Shown: positions 35,993-44,811 of the stretch, in pieces | Layout of the letters: each line of letters begins with the position of its first letter | Numbering within the stretch: the first letter of the stretch is position 1 | Virus record (IMG/VR): IMGVR_UViG_3300045988_155520 | Span: 128,001-192,000 of that record | Source: a virus | Length of the DNA: 64,000 bases | Reading direction: 5' to 3' (one strand) | The notes under the pieces: generated by a model | Seen by the model: the letters and a program-made list of their open reading frames with translations, nothing else | Told to the model about the DNA's origin: nothing | Databases searched by the model: none | Made by a program: the position numbers and the translations under genes

Positions 35993-38650
35993 TTATTCAT
36001 TATCGTTCACTAAATTATCCAAAGAAGATATCATCTTATCAAATTCTTCATTAATCAATAAAGATTTATCATAGATATTTGCTCTTTCATAAGAAATTTC
36101 TTCAGCCTTCTTTTCCTTTCTATCAATACAATTAAGATATTCTTCAAATAGTGTATCTAATTTTTTATCACTATTTTTCTTCATCGCCTTTAATGTATTT
36201 TCAGTAATAAGAGGTTTTTTCTTATTTACAGATTCCATTGGAGTGCCTCCTGATTCTGGACCGCTACTTCCTGGTGCTTCGCCTCCTGGAGGTGCACCAG
36301 CATCACCACCCATGTCTCCTGTAGGCATTGAACCTTCTTCTCCTCCAATATCACCCATATCATCAGACCCAGGTGCACCGAGTGAATCAAGACCTCCACC
36401 GAAGTCTCCTCCGCCACCCATAGAGCCACCTCCCATGCCACTATCAGGACCTCCTTGTTGTGGTTGGTCATCCATGTATTCTGCTCCTGGTTCTCCATAT
36501 ATTCTATCGACTGTATCAAATAAACCAGTACGCTTGATGATTTGAGTTGTCTTTTCAAGTTCTGCGGAAATACCTTTCTCAAGACGTATCTCTTCAAGAT
36601 TTTCTTTAATCTCTTTGTCAGACCACTTCATAATAGTCTTTAATGCCTTTGCTTGAGACATAACAGGAATACCACCACCAGGGTCTGAAACGGCATCTCT
36701 AACAGCAGTAATCTTCTTCTCTATATTATCAATCTCAAGTGACTCTGCTTGAGTTGATGGGTTATTCATTGTAAGTGAGAAATTAGTTAATTCATCACTA
36801 AAACCAAGTAAGAATAAGTGAATGGATGCAACCTTAGTTAACTCCATTAAGAACGCCTGCTGAACTCTATTAACTGTTCTTGTGAAACGTATATCCATTA
36901 AAGCAAGATTCTTTCCGTCACCAGCAGTCTCTTCAAAATTAAGGAATGTTTTAGGTATTCTCAATGCCGTCAAAACCTTATTCTGAACAAACTTGATATC
37001 ATCCATCGCTGTCAAATTCTGCGCTGCTGACAAGGTATCAATAGGTGTTGGCGCATTCTGGTCTCTTACAGGGATAAAGATATCTTGGTCTACACAGTTG
37101 CTAACAAAACATCCATTTTCACACCAAGTTTTATCGGAATTGATTGAACGTATAGCAAAGTTGTGTCTATCTTCTTCACTATTAGGACCTTGTACGGTCA
37201 TACAATACACATCGTCTCCACCTATGATATCAACTTTTCTTATAAAGCGTAATTTCATAACTTCTACAGGGTCTGATTCGTTTTTACTTGAATCATTAAG
37301 AGTTACTTTTCTATATGATTTAGAAGAAATATCTAATACTCTATCGTAATCAGTATCATCTCTGTAGAAAGGCATTACACTTTCACCCACACTAACTTCA
37401 TCTGCTCTCTTCTTAGAACCATCACGCATTATGAGTTCGTGTTCACCAGCTAAATCTAAATATGTATCATCATCTAATGTTATACGATATAATTTATCTG
37501 CAGTGTAGTTTTTACCACACCAAACAACTTTTCCTGGTACAATTTTATGAGTATCATCTTGTACAGAATATACAAAATTTTCTTCACCATTTTCATACTC
37601 TTTTGCAAGATTCTCTATTGTTATAGTGCGTCCATCCAGCAAAGGAATTGGCGTATCTTTATGAACTGGGAGAATATTCTTTCTCAAATCCACTTGACCT
37701 GTCATTGGGTCAATAATAGGCGTTCTCTTAAAGTTATTAGCAATTTCTTCAACGTAAGCTGGTACATCAGCATCGTCAATAGCACCTACAAATATCTTAT
37801 ATACACGTCTTTCAATAGAACGTTCCAGACGATAGATAAGCATCATATCTTCCATTAAACTAAGCATACGCCAATGTCTACGAGCTGAATTTAAATAAGA
37901 AACGCCATAAGGAAGATACATAGAATTTGTTAACAGTCTAAAATGTGCAATCTGCCAATCTCTAAATGGAACTTGCGACTGGCTATCATCTAACCAGACA
38001 AATTTAGTAGACATATCAGAATTGGTATCTGTATTATTAGCTGCAACAGTGGAATATCCTGTTGAATATGGATTAGTAATACCGTTTTCTATACGTTCAA
38101 CATTAAATACAGGTAAACGTTTCCATCCTTTAACACCTAACTTATGGTCTATATCCAGCATCATATAATCATTTCCATATTTACACATGCCACGTATAAC
38201 CATTTGTGCTGTTAATTGTAAATTTAAACGATTAGTAAATAAATCTTCAAGAATACTTTTAACTCTATCTGATTTAGAATATACATTTACTATATTTCCT
38301 GTATCTGAAGGTAAACAGCTTTCTTCTGAAACAATATCAAGTGCAGCGCCTATTTCTGGAAATGAATCCATCAAATCGGCATCACGATACATCAACTTAA
38401 CATTATTAAGTCCTGAATAGGCACTTACATTTAAATCAACGTTAGCTTTAACCCATCTATTTTCAAGATATTTATTTTGTTGTAATTCTAATTTTACTTT
38501 TTCATAATTATCTTTATCGTTGGTTTGGTATATAACACCATTACCAGACATATCATAGTTATTGATATGTCTTGCCATTGTGTCCTGTGTATTCCAGTTA
38601 CCAGTTATAGCTTTATCTAATTGTTGAAAAACAGTTAATTTATTGGCCAT
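35993..38650 (-). CDS. portal protein, T4 gp20 family, with an inserted mini-intein and a Gly/Asp/Pro-rich C-terminal extension
   Basis: SYLNSARRHWRMLSLMEDMMLIYRLERSIERRVYKIFVG...DQDIFIPVRD...LTALRIPKTFL matches the gp20 pattern. aa 328..518 form a Hint domain. aa 729..803 or so are low-complexity G/D/P. Confidence 0.85.
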   Translation of the reverse strand: MANKLTVFQQLDKAITGNWNTQDTMARHINNYDMSGNGVIYQTNDKDNYEKVKLELQQNKYLENRWVKANVDLNVSAYSGLNNVKLMYRDADLMDSFPEIGAALDIVSEESCLPSDTGNIVNVYSKSDRVKSILEDLFTNRLNLQLTAQMVIRGMCKYGNDYMMLDIDHKLGVKGWKRLPVFNVERIENGITNPYSTGYSTVAANNTDTNSDMSTKFVWLDDSQSQVPFRDWQIAHFRLLTNSMYLPYGVSYLNSARRHWRMLSLMEDMMLIYRLERSIERRVYKIFVGAIDDADVPAYVEEIANNFKRTPIIDPMTGQVDLRKNILPVHKDTPIPLLDGRTITIENLAKEYENGEENFVYSVQDDTHKIVPGKVVWCGKNYTADKLYRITLDDDTYLDLAGEHELIMRDGSKKRADEVSVGESVMPFYRDDTDYDRVLDISSKSYRKVTLNDSSKNESDPVEVMKLRFIRKVDIIGGDDVYCMTVQGPNSEEDRHNFAIRSINSDKTWCENGCFVSNCVDQDIFIPVRDQNAPTPIDTLSAAQNLTAMDDIKFVQNKVLTALRIPKTFLNFEETAGDGKNLALMDIRFTRTVNRVQQAFLMELTKVASIHLFLLGFSDELTNFSLTMNNPSTQAESLEIDNIEKKITAVRDAVSDPGGGIPVMSQAKALKTIMKWSDKEIKENLEEIRLEKGISAELEKTTQIIKRTGLFDTVDRIYGEPGAEYMDDQPQQGGPDSGMGGGSMGGGGDFGGGLDSLGAPGSDDMGDIGGEEGSMPTGDMGGDAGAPPGGEAPGSSGPESGGTPMESVNKKKPLITENTLKAMKKNSDKKLDTLFEEYLNCIDRKEKKAEEISYERANIYDKSLLINEEFDKMISSLDNLVNDNE
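37097..37669 (-). mobile_element. mini-intein (Hint domain, no endonuclease domain) in the portal gene
   Basis: Block A-like PVHKDTPIPLLDGRTITIENL; block B-like LDLAGEHELIM; block F DDVYCMTVQG..RHNFAI; block G NGCFVSN followed by +1 Cys (CVDQDIF). Confidence 0.7.
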
Positions 38651-38702
38651 ATATATTTTTATTAAAAAATAACATTTTTAGTTGATTTCTAAATAGTTTC
38701 AA

Positions 38703-40583
38703 TTATTTCATACCGCTAAATAACCACATATAAGTTCCGCCTATATGTTTATTCGGCTTTGATGATAAAGAATTACTATTCATCATAGGAAGACCAGATT
38801 TAGGTGTCACAGGTTGACTGTATCTTATAGCTGGTCTTCTATAGTTACTACCATTTGTCATTCTGTAAGAACTTAATATTGCTTCATCTTTACGTTTGGC
38901 AGCTTCTATTTTACTAAGAGAATACTGCATCACAAAGAGAGCCATTGCAAGACATGTAATTGTGTCATCATGTGCACCTTCCATGTGGTCCATACGTCCA
39001 GTTTCGCCTTTAAAAATCCATGTATCAAGTTCATTAATAACACGTGCAGAACGTATTTTAAATTCGTTGTTTCTAACAAGTCCTGCAAAGTTAGCAAGTA
39101 CAGGGTATCTATTTCCTTGGAAGTGAAAACCAGGCAATCTATTCATATAATTACCATCTGACATAGATTGATTTTGCATTGTGTATGTCTTCTGAGAAGA
39201 GTCATCATAATGTAGGTTAGTATAACCAAGGTTCAACATTGTTAAAATAGCAGCATCTCCTTGACCACCAGTACAATCTACTACAACATAAGCATTATTA
39301 TATTGCTTGGCATAATAAACCGCCATAGAACCAATATCGTCGCCTAACTTCTTTCCGACATATTCCATTACTTGTTCTATGATTGGTTGACCGTTTTCAT
39401 CACGTCCATCCATATCTATAACCTCTATAGCAGTTCTATCGGCAGACACACCTCGTGATGGGTCAATTCCTAATATATATCTATGACCAGGAATAGGTGC
39501 TTTCCAATACCAAGTATCATCAACCATTGGGTCTTTTAAATCTGGCAGTGGGTCTCTAACATTAATTCTATTCTGTAGTTCTACAAATTCACTTGCAACA
39601 ACGTTGTTAGCTGAACCAAGGAACGACACATCAAGCTCTTGGGCTATTTTCATAGAATCATTATTGAAAGATTGACACATTGTTTCATACCAAGGAGAAG
39701 TCGGCATCCATCCCTCTTGTTCCAATTTGCGCCATCTTTCTTCGTTATATTCTATTCTTCCTGTATCATCTAATATTTCCTCTACAATCCACTTTTTCTC
39801 TCCAGTTTCAGCATCTTTCTTATACCACTTCAAATGTCTGTTATAACGCAAATCTTGATACCATTTAAATTCAACTGCGTTATAGTTATTTTCATGGCTT
39901 AATGCTTGACGATAAGTATTGTAATATAATTCATCTTTACCATTAGGTGTTGAAACCATTATTATCTTTGATTTATCACCATAAGATGATGTGGCAGCAA
40001 CCGCTGAAGAATAAACGGCTGGACCATTCTCAATAAAGGCTGCCTCGTCAAAAATCAATATCGAAACAGCTGAGATACCACGTGCAGCATTTTCTCCAGA
40101 AGACCTTGCGTATACAGAACATCCATTGAATAATTGTAATTCTGATTTACTATTTTTGGTGAAAATATCTTTCTTATTTTTCTCTGATTTTGGGTCTGGA
40201 GAATAATATTCGTCACCCCAATACCATCGTGGAACTTGCATCAAAAACTCTCTAATTTTTGTAACCAATTGGTTTGCAAGGTCAAGTTTGTTACCAATAC
40301 ACAAAATAGTTTCTGGCTTATCAGAATCAGCAAGTGCAATTTGTGCACATATCCATGCCGAAGAAACTGTAGTAATACCTGCCTGACGGTGTTTAATGGC
40401 TATGGAAGCCTTATGGTCAGCAAGACTCTGTAAAAATGCTTTCTGTCTTGGGAATAATAGGAATTGTGATTTTTTACCAACATTAGCATTAAACGTTGAT
40501 AGGTATTTTTCTATAAAATAAATTCTCGATTTATCAGCATAACTTCTTGCGTATTCTTCAGCAATCGTTTGTATATCTATCAT
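38703..40583 (-). CDS. terL: terminase large subunit (gp17-like)
   Basis: Walker A-like KHRQAGITT, Walker B SILIFDEAAF, coupling motif IIMVSTPNG, and nuclease part GIDPSRG...DRTAIEV and GAHDD. Confidence 0.85.
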   Translation of the reverse strand: MIDIQTIAEEYARSYADKSRIYFIEKYLSTFNANVGKKSQFLLFPRQKAFLQSLADHKASIAIKHRQAGITTVSSAWICAQIALADSDKPETILCIGNKLDLANQLVTKIREFLMQVPRWYWGDEYYSPDPKSEKNKKDIFTKNSKSELQLFNGCSVYARSSGENAARGISAVSILIFDEAAFIENGPAVYSSAVAATSSYGDKSKIIMVSTPNGKDELYYNTYRQALSHENNYNAVEFKWYQDLRYNRHLKWYKKDAETGEKKWIVEEILDDTGRIEYNEERWRKLEQEGWMPTSPWYETMCQSFNNDSMKIAQELDVSFLGSANNVVASEFVELQNRINVRDPLPDLKDPMVDDTWYWKAPIPGHRYILGIDPSRGVSADRTAIEVIDMDGRDENGQPIIEQVMEYVGKKLGDDIGSMAVYYAKQYNNAYVVVDCTGGQGDAAILTMLNLGYTNLHYDDSSQKTYTMQNQSMSDGNYMNRLPGFHFQGNRYPVLANFAGLVRNNEFKIRSARVINELDTWIFKGETGRMDHMEGAHDDTITCLAMALFVMQYSLSKIEAAKRKDEAILSSYRMTNGSNYRRPAIRYSQPVTPKSGLPMMNSNSLSSKPNKHIGGTYMWLFSGMK

Positions 40584-40588
40584 AATAA

Positions 40589-41830
40589 TTATATTTCTTT
40601 ATCATCTTCTATAACACCGCTTTCATTTTCCTCACTATCAATATTAAATGTATCAAGTTCAGCAGGTGAAAAATAACTATCATTTATAACATAAATATCA
40701 GATTGCTTGGTATCTATATCTTTTTTAAATCTTTGATAATCAATATTATGCAATACAGAATCTGTTAAACTATTAATATATCTTCTACCAAGTTTAGTCG
40801 GTGTAAGAATTTCTTTCATAATTTTATTAAACTCTTCAGGCGTATTTTCACATAATTTCATGAAAATGAAAGGAACTACGTCAGTATCATATCCATTCAT
40901 TAATGAATATAATTTATCCCATAAACCAACACCAAGTCGCATGTCCCATGGTTCAGCTTTGATAAAATCAGCTTTGCGTAAAATATAATTTGCTTTCTTT
41001 CTATCTTTTGGCAAACCATGTGAAGATACGAGTTCAAAAATTCCACGTATAGTTTCACGTAAAAGTAAAGGGAAATTAAGTGCTTGAACTGTTATAATAG
41101 GTCTTTCTGACTTTCCGCCTAATTTAACAGAAACATAAGAACCTTGATTTGTATTACCGTCTATTATTTTATCGTTTTTAACAAATGCCAGATAATCACC
41201 TAAATCCATTAATTCTTTATATAGAGTAATTAACTCTTCATCAATATTATCAAAATAATCATCTGATATAAAACTTAAATTAGATAACCTAATACTTGCA
41301 CCTTGAATTAATGAATCAATAACTCTTCTTTTAGATATTTCATTATCTATTTTATCTTTTTCTAATACATCCTCAAACTCATATTTATTATCCTCATCAT
41401 CCTCTTCAGGGGTTAATCTTGCATTTTCTGAATCAACCTTATCAACTATATTTAACGAAAAATTAATAGAGTTTTTAGGAATAGAGAATAAATCACAAAC
41501 AATATTATGACATACTTTTTCTAAATGATTACGTAAAGGTTCTTCTAAATCTCTAATTTTCAATAAACATTTAATAGCTCTATCTGATAACACATCAATA
41601 TCATTAATATTATAACCATATTTTTGAAGTGTATCAGAAACATCATTAAAACGTTTTTTAGCTATAATATAATCAAATGGATATATATCATCAGAAGGAA
41701 ATACAGCATTATTACCTAAAGATGTCTTATGTGAAGAAAGTGCTTTATATAAAAAAGATGGTAATTTACTTATAACCCTTTTCTTAATAACATTAATTTT
41801 ATCTTCTGTTAAATATATTCGTTTTATCAT
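40589..41830 (-). CDS. hypothetical protein upstream of the terminase gene
   Basis: 413-aa ORF with MIKRIYLTEDKINVIKKRV at the N-terminus (module). It overlaps the upstream gene by 4 nt. Confidence 0.55.
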   Translation of the reverse strand: MIKRIYLTEDKINVIKKRVISKLPSFLYKALSSHKTSLGNNAVFPSDDIYPFDYIIAKKRFNDVSDTLQKYGYNINDIDVLSDRAIKCLLKIRDLEEPLRNHLEKVCHNIVCDLFSIPKNSINFSLNIVDKVDSENARLTPEEDDEDNKYEFEDVLEKDKIDNEISKRRVIDSLIQGASIRLSNLSFISDDYFDNIDEELITLYKELMDLGDYLAFVKNDKIIDGNTNQGSYVSVKLGGKSERPIITVQALNFPLLLRETIRGIFELVSSHGLPKDRKKANYILRKADFIKAEPWDMRLGVGLWDKLYSLMNGYDTDVVPFIFMKLCENTPEEFNKIMKEILTPTKLGRRYINSLTDSVLHNIDYQRFKKDIDTKQSDIYVINDSYFSPAELDTFNIDSEENESGVIEDDKEI

Positions 41831-42342
41831 AACAATTTTAAAAATTCATCCAAATCCTTTTTATTAAAAGGCACAGAATTATTTCTCATTTCTACTAATT
41901 TCCCATTTCTTTTATAGGAAGAATTTTCCATACTACCATTAGGCGTTGAACCTTTTGGAGTAACAACAGTATTTAACTGTGATGTTTTACTATTGTAAGC
42001 AACTATCTTAGCATCTTTCTTAGATGGGTCTTTAGCAGCATCTGTAACCTGTTTAACTGCTTCTGCTTTGTTTGACACATCAACATTAATCTGTTGACCC
42101 TCTCCTGAATTTGTATTCTGTTGTCCGTCAACTTGATTAGGTTGAAACGATACATTATTTACATTATGATTCTGATTAAGAGTACTTGCTGCGTTATTGA
42201 CCGCATCGGTTGGTGTCTTTGCAGAATTACTAATAGAAGCTGATACACCACCTGTATTAGTTACTTCTTTAATCTGAATATTTTTCTTAGAGAATGCGAT
42301 ACCCTCGTGCAATATTCCATTTATTTTAGTATAAACTCTCAT
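41827..42342 (-). CDS. hypothetical protein (Asn/Thr/Ser-rich)
   Basis: Track ORF. No motif recognised. Confidence 0.5.
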   Translation of the reverse strand: MRVYTKINGILHEGIAFSKKNIQIKEVTNTGGVSASISNSAKTPTDAVNNAASTLNQNHNVNNVSFQPNQVDGQQNTNSGEGQQINVDVSNKAEAVKQVTDAAKDPSKKDAKIVAYNSKTSQLNTVVTPKGSTPNGSMENSSYKRNGKLVEMRNNSVPFNKKDLDEFLKLL

Positions 42343-42384
42343 AATAGACTTAAACTTTAATTATAAATATATAATTAGTGATAT

Positions 42385-42414
42385 AAAAAAAAGAGGAAGT
42401 GCGAACTTCCTCTT
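42385..42414 (-). terminator. rho-independent terminator
   Basis: On the minus strand, aagaggaagt-tcgc-acttcctctt forms a 10-bp stem with a tetraloop, followed by TTTTTTTT. Confidence 0.8.
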
Positions 42415-42443
42415 TAGACCAGTTAACAAAGTACCATTTTTTT

Positions 42444-43013
42444 TTAAAAAGGTGACGAAAAAGGATTTTCATCATCAATATACGTCTTATCTAATTTCTT
42501 CTCTTGACGTGTATATTTTCTTTCGTCATTAACGTTGAAATATTCTTGTAGTGTTTCGGCAATGAGATTATCTATATAATTTCTTGATTCCATTGTCATA
42601 TCATCATTATCACCCTCTGGTGTTTCCTCATTATCATTATTTTCATCTTCATCAGACTTTTTATCATCACCACTTTTCATCTTCTCAGACCACTTATCAA
42701 CGTCATCGTCACCAACATTTTCATTCTTACCTACCGCTGGGGCTAACATACCCATGACATAATCCACAGTTTCCTCTGAAGCATCTGGCAAAATATAGCT
42801 TAACTCACCAGCAGCCTTTTGCGCTTTATTATCAACACCATTAGAGTCTGGTGCATTTGCTTCATCATTATCATCTGTTGGATTATCACCTCCGTTTACG
42901 TCATCAGACATAGGGTCACTACCCATATCAAACCCACTTGGCTCATTCATCTGTGGCGGAATAGGCGATGGTGCTGGCTGCGGATTTAGGTCAGCAGCCA
43001 TACGACCAGGCAA
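42444..43013 (-). CDS. acidic low-complexity protein
   Basis: 189 aa, Asp/Glu/Asn-rich. It contains TMESRNYIDNLIAETLQEY. Confidence 0.55.
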   Translation of the reverse strand: MPGRMAADLNPQPAPSPIPPQMNEPSGFDMGSDPMSDDVNGGDNPTDDNDEANAPDSNGVDNKAQKAAGELSYILPDASEETVDYVMGMLAPAVGKNENVGDDDVDKWSEKMKSGDDKKSDEDENNDNEETPEGDNDDMTMESRNYIDNLIAETLQEYFNVNDERKYTRQEKKLDKTYIDDENPFSSPF

Positions 43014-43029
43014 CTTTAGTTTAGTTGGT

Positions 43030-44736
43030 CTACTTTCGTTTAGATTTTTTTTTTAAATTGCGTAGATTTCTACGAATTGATTCAGCGATTGAATTTTCAA
43101 CTGTTTTTACATCTAAATCAAATGGTGCGCCACTACCGATATTAGTTGCATATGGTGTGTCATTTTTAGCAGACTCATCATTCATGTCATAATATCCATC
43201 AAACTCTTGATGATTTTTATTTGGCGTAGTCATAGGCTGCTTTCTGAAGCATGGATGCTTACCAAATTCATCAAGTGCATTCATATTACCATTAGGTACA
43301 CGATTAGCATTAGAGAAAGGTTTCATACCGCCTTCATTCATACGACGTTTCGCTTTCTTAAATGCTCTTGATTCAAAAATCTGATAACCTTTACGATTTC
43401 TTGATTCCATAGGCATTTCATCTTCCTCTTTCTCGTCATCTTCAATACCGTCGCCAAACTCATCCTCAGATTCATCATCATCTGAATATAAGTCATCATC
43501 GTCTTCAAACTCTTCAGTATCAAAGTCATTAGTGTCAATACCTAATTTCTGTGCGATTTGTTCAAGAGTATCTTCCATTGCTTCTACACGTGCAGACAAG
43601 TCATCTTCATCAAACTCATCTTCGTCATCCCCGAAGTCATCATCATCCTCGAAGTCGTCTTCGTCATTCTCGGCATCAATAGCCTCGTCACCAAGTGTAT
43701 CGTCTTCTATACCTTCATCACCCATAGTGTCATCAGCATCGTCCATGACATCATCAGTATTTTCTAAATCAGTATCAACTTCATTATCTTCAACATCCTC
43801 AGAATTTTCAGGATTTTCATCAGGAATTTCATCAAGTCCCTCATTTACATTGGTTTCCTTGTCAAAAGGAGCTGAATCACCAACTTTATTAACACCTACG
43901 TTAGGTGTATTCTGATTCTCAGCATCATGCATAGCAACTCCCTCTTCAACTGTTTCCTCATCAAAAGGTGCTGAACTACCAACCTCGGTACCATGAGATT
44001 TATCCATATATGTATCAGCCATGTTGCCCTTTGCATCCTGACCTTCCTGATGCCAAGCTAAAGGTTCAGCAGACTCTTTAACTGCCTTGTAATCATTTGC
44101 ATCTTTAGCCTTACCTGTCTGGTGCTTAGATTTACGGAAACTATTCTTTGGATTAGCATCCTTTAAGTTCTCATAACCCTCAACATCAGCTGATTTTGAA
44201 GCATCTTCACCCTTGCACTCTTTTGAACCACAAACACCACATGAGTTATCACTCTCCATAGTCATTGACTGAGGTTTAGATTCATTAATACAAGCAGCAT
44301 TATACATAATCTGACGTTCACGAAGAATCTCCTTACGCATTTTCTCAGTTGATTCAAGAGTAAGGTTTTCTTTCTTGTCAGGATTCCAAGACTCAATCAT
44401 GATATTCTTACCATTTGCATATGCCTCACGAATTGACATCATTTTAAGTTCAAAATTCTTCTGTGCAGCAGCAAAACTTGAATATTCGTTATCTTTTCTG
44501 TTTTTAAAACCACCAATATAGTTGAAGTCCTCTTTTACTAAAGTCTTCTTGTTAGGTGCTGTTTCAATGTAATACTTAGAACCTTCTCTAATAATTCCAT
44601 ATACATTTCCATCTGCACCAAGTTTCTGATACTCAATAGAAGAGTATGTATTATTCTTAGATTCTGTCTGAAGACCATAATTCATCAAACCTTTCATTCG
44701 AGAAAGCTGGTCATTGACATTTACCTTTTTATTCAT
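43030..44736 (-). CDS. large acidic protein with poly-D/E tracts and three G(S/D)(S/G)APFD repeats
   Basis: 568 aa with GSSAPFDEE, GDSAPFDKE and GSGAPFDLD. A long D/E block is followed by PMESRNRKGYQIFESRAFKK. The C-terminus is VENSIAESIRRNL. Confidence 0.6.
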   Translation of the reverse strand: MNKKVNVNDQLSRMKGLMNYGLQTESKNNTYSSIEYQKLGADGNVYGIIREGSKYYIETAPNKKTLVKEDFNYIGGFKNRKDNEYSSFAAAQKNFELKMMSIREAYANGKNIMIESWNPDKKENLTLESTEKMRKEILRERQIMYNAACINESKPQSMTMESDNSCGVCGSKECKGEDASKSADVEGYENLKDANPKNSFRKSKHQTGKAKDANDYKAVKESAEPLAWHQEGQDAKGNMADTYMDKSHGTEVGSSAPFDEETVEEGVAMHDAENQNTPNVGVNKVGDSAPFDKETNVNEGLDEIPDENPENSEDVEDNEVDTDLENTDDVMDDADDTMGDEGIEDDTLGDEAIDAENDEDDFEDDDDFGDDEDEFDEDDLSARVEAMEDTLEQIAQKLGIDTNDFDTEEFEDDDDLYSDDDESEDEFGDGIEDDEKEEDEMPMESRNRKGYQIFESRAFKKAKRRMNEGGMKPFSNANRVPNGNMNALDEFGKHPCFRKQPMTTPNKNHQEFDGYYDMNDESAKNDTPYATNIGSGAPFDLDVKTVENSIAESIRRNLRNLKKKSKRK

Positions 44737-44811
44737 AATTGATATAATAATTGATTGATTATTTTAATATAAATATCTTTATCAAATAAAAAATAATTGA
44801 TAATAAAGATA

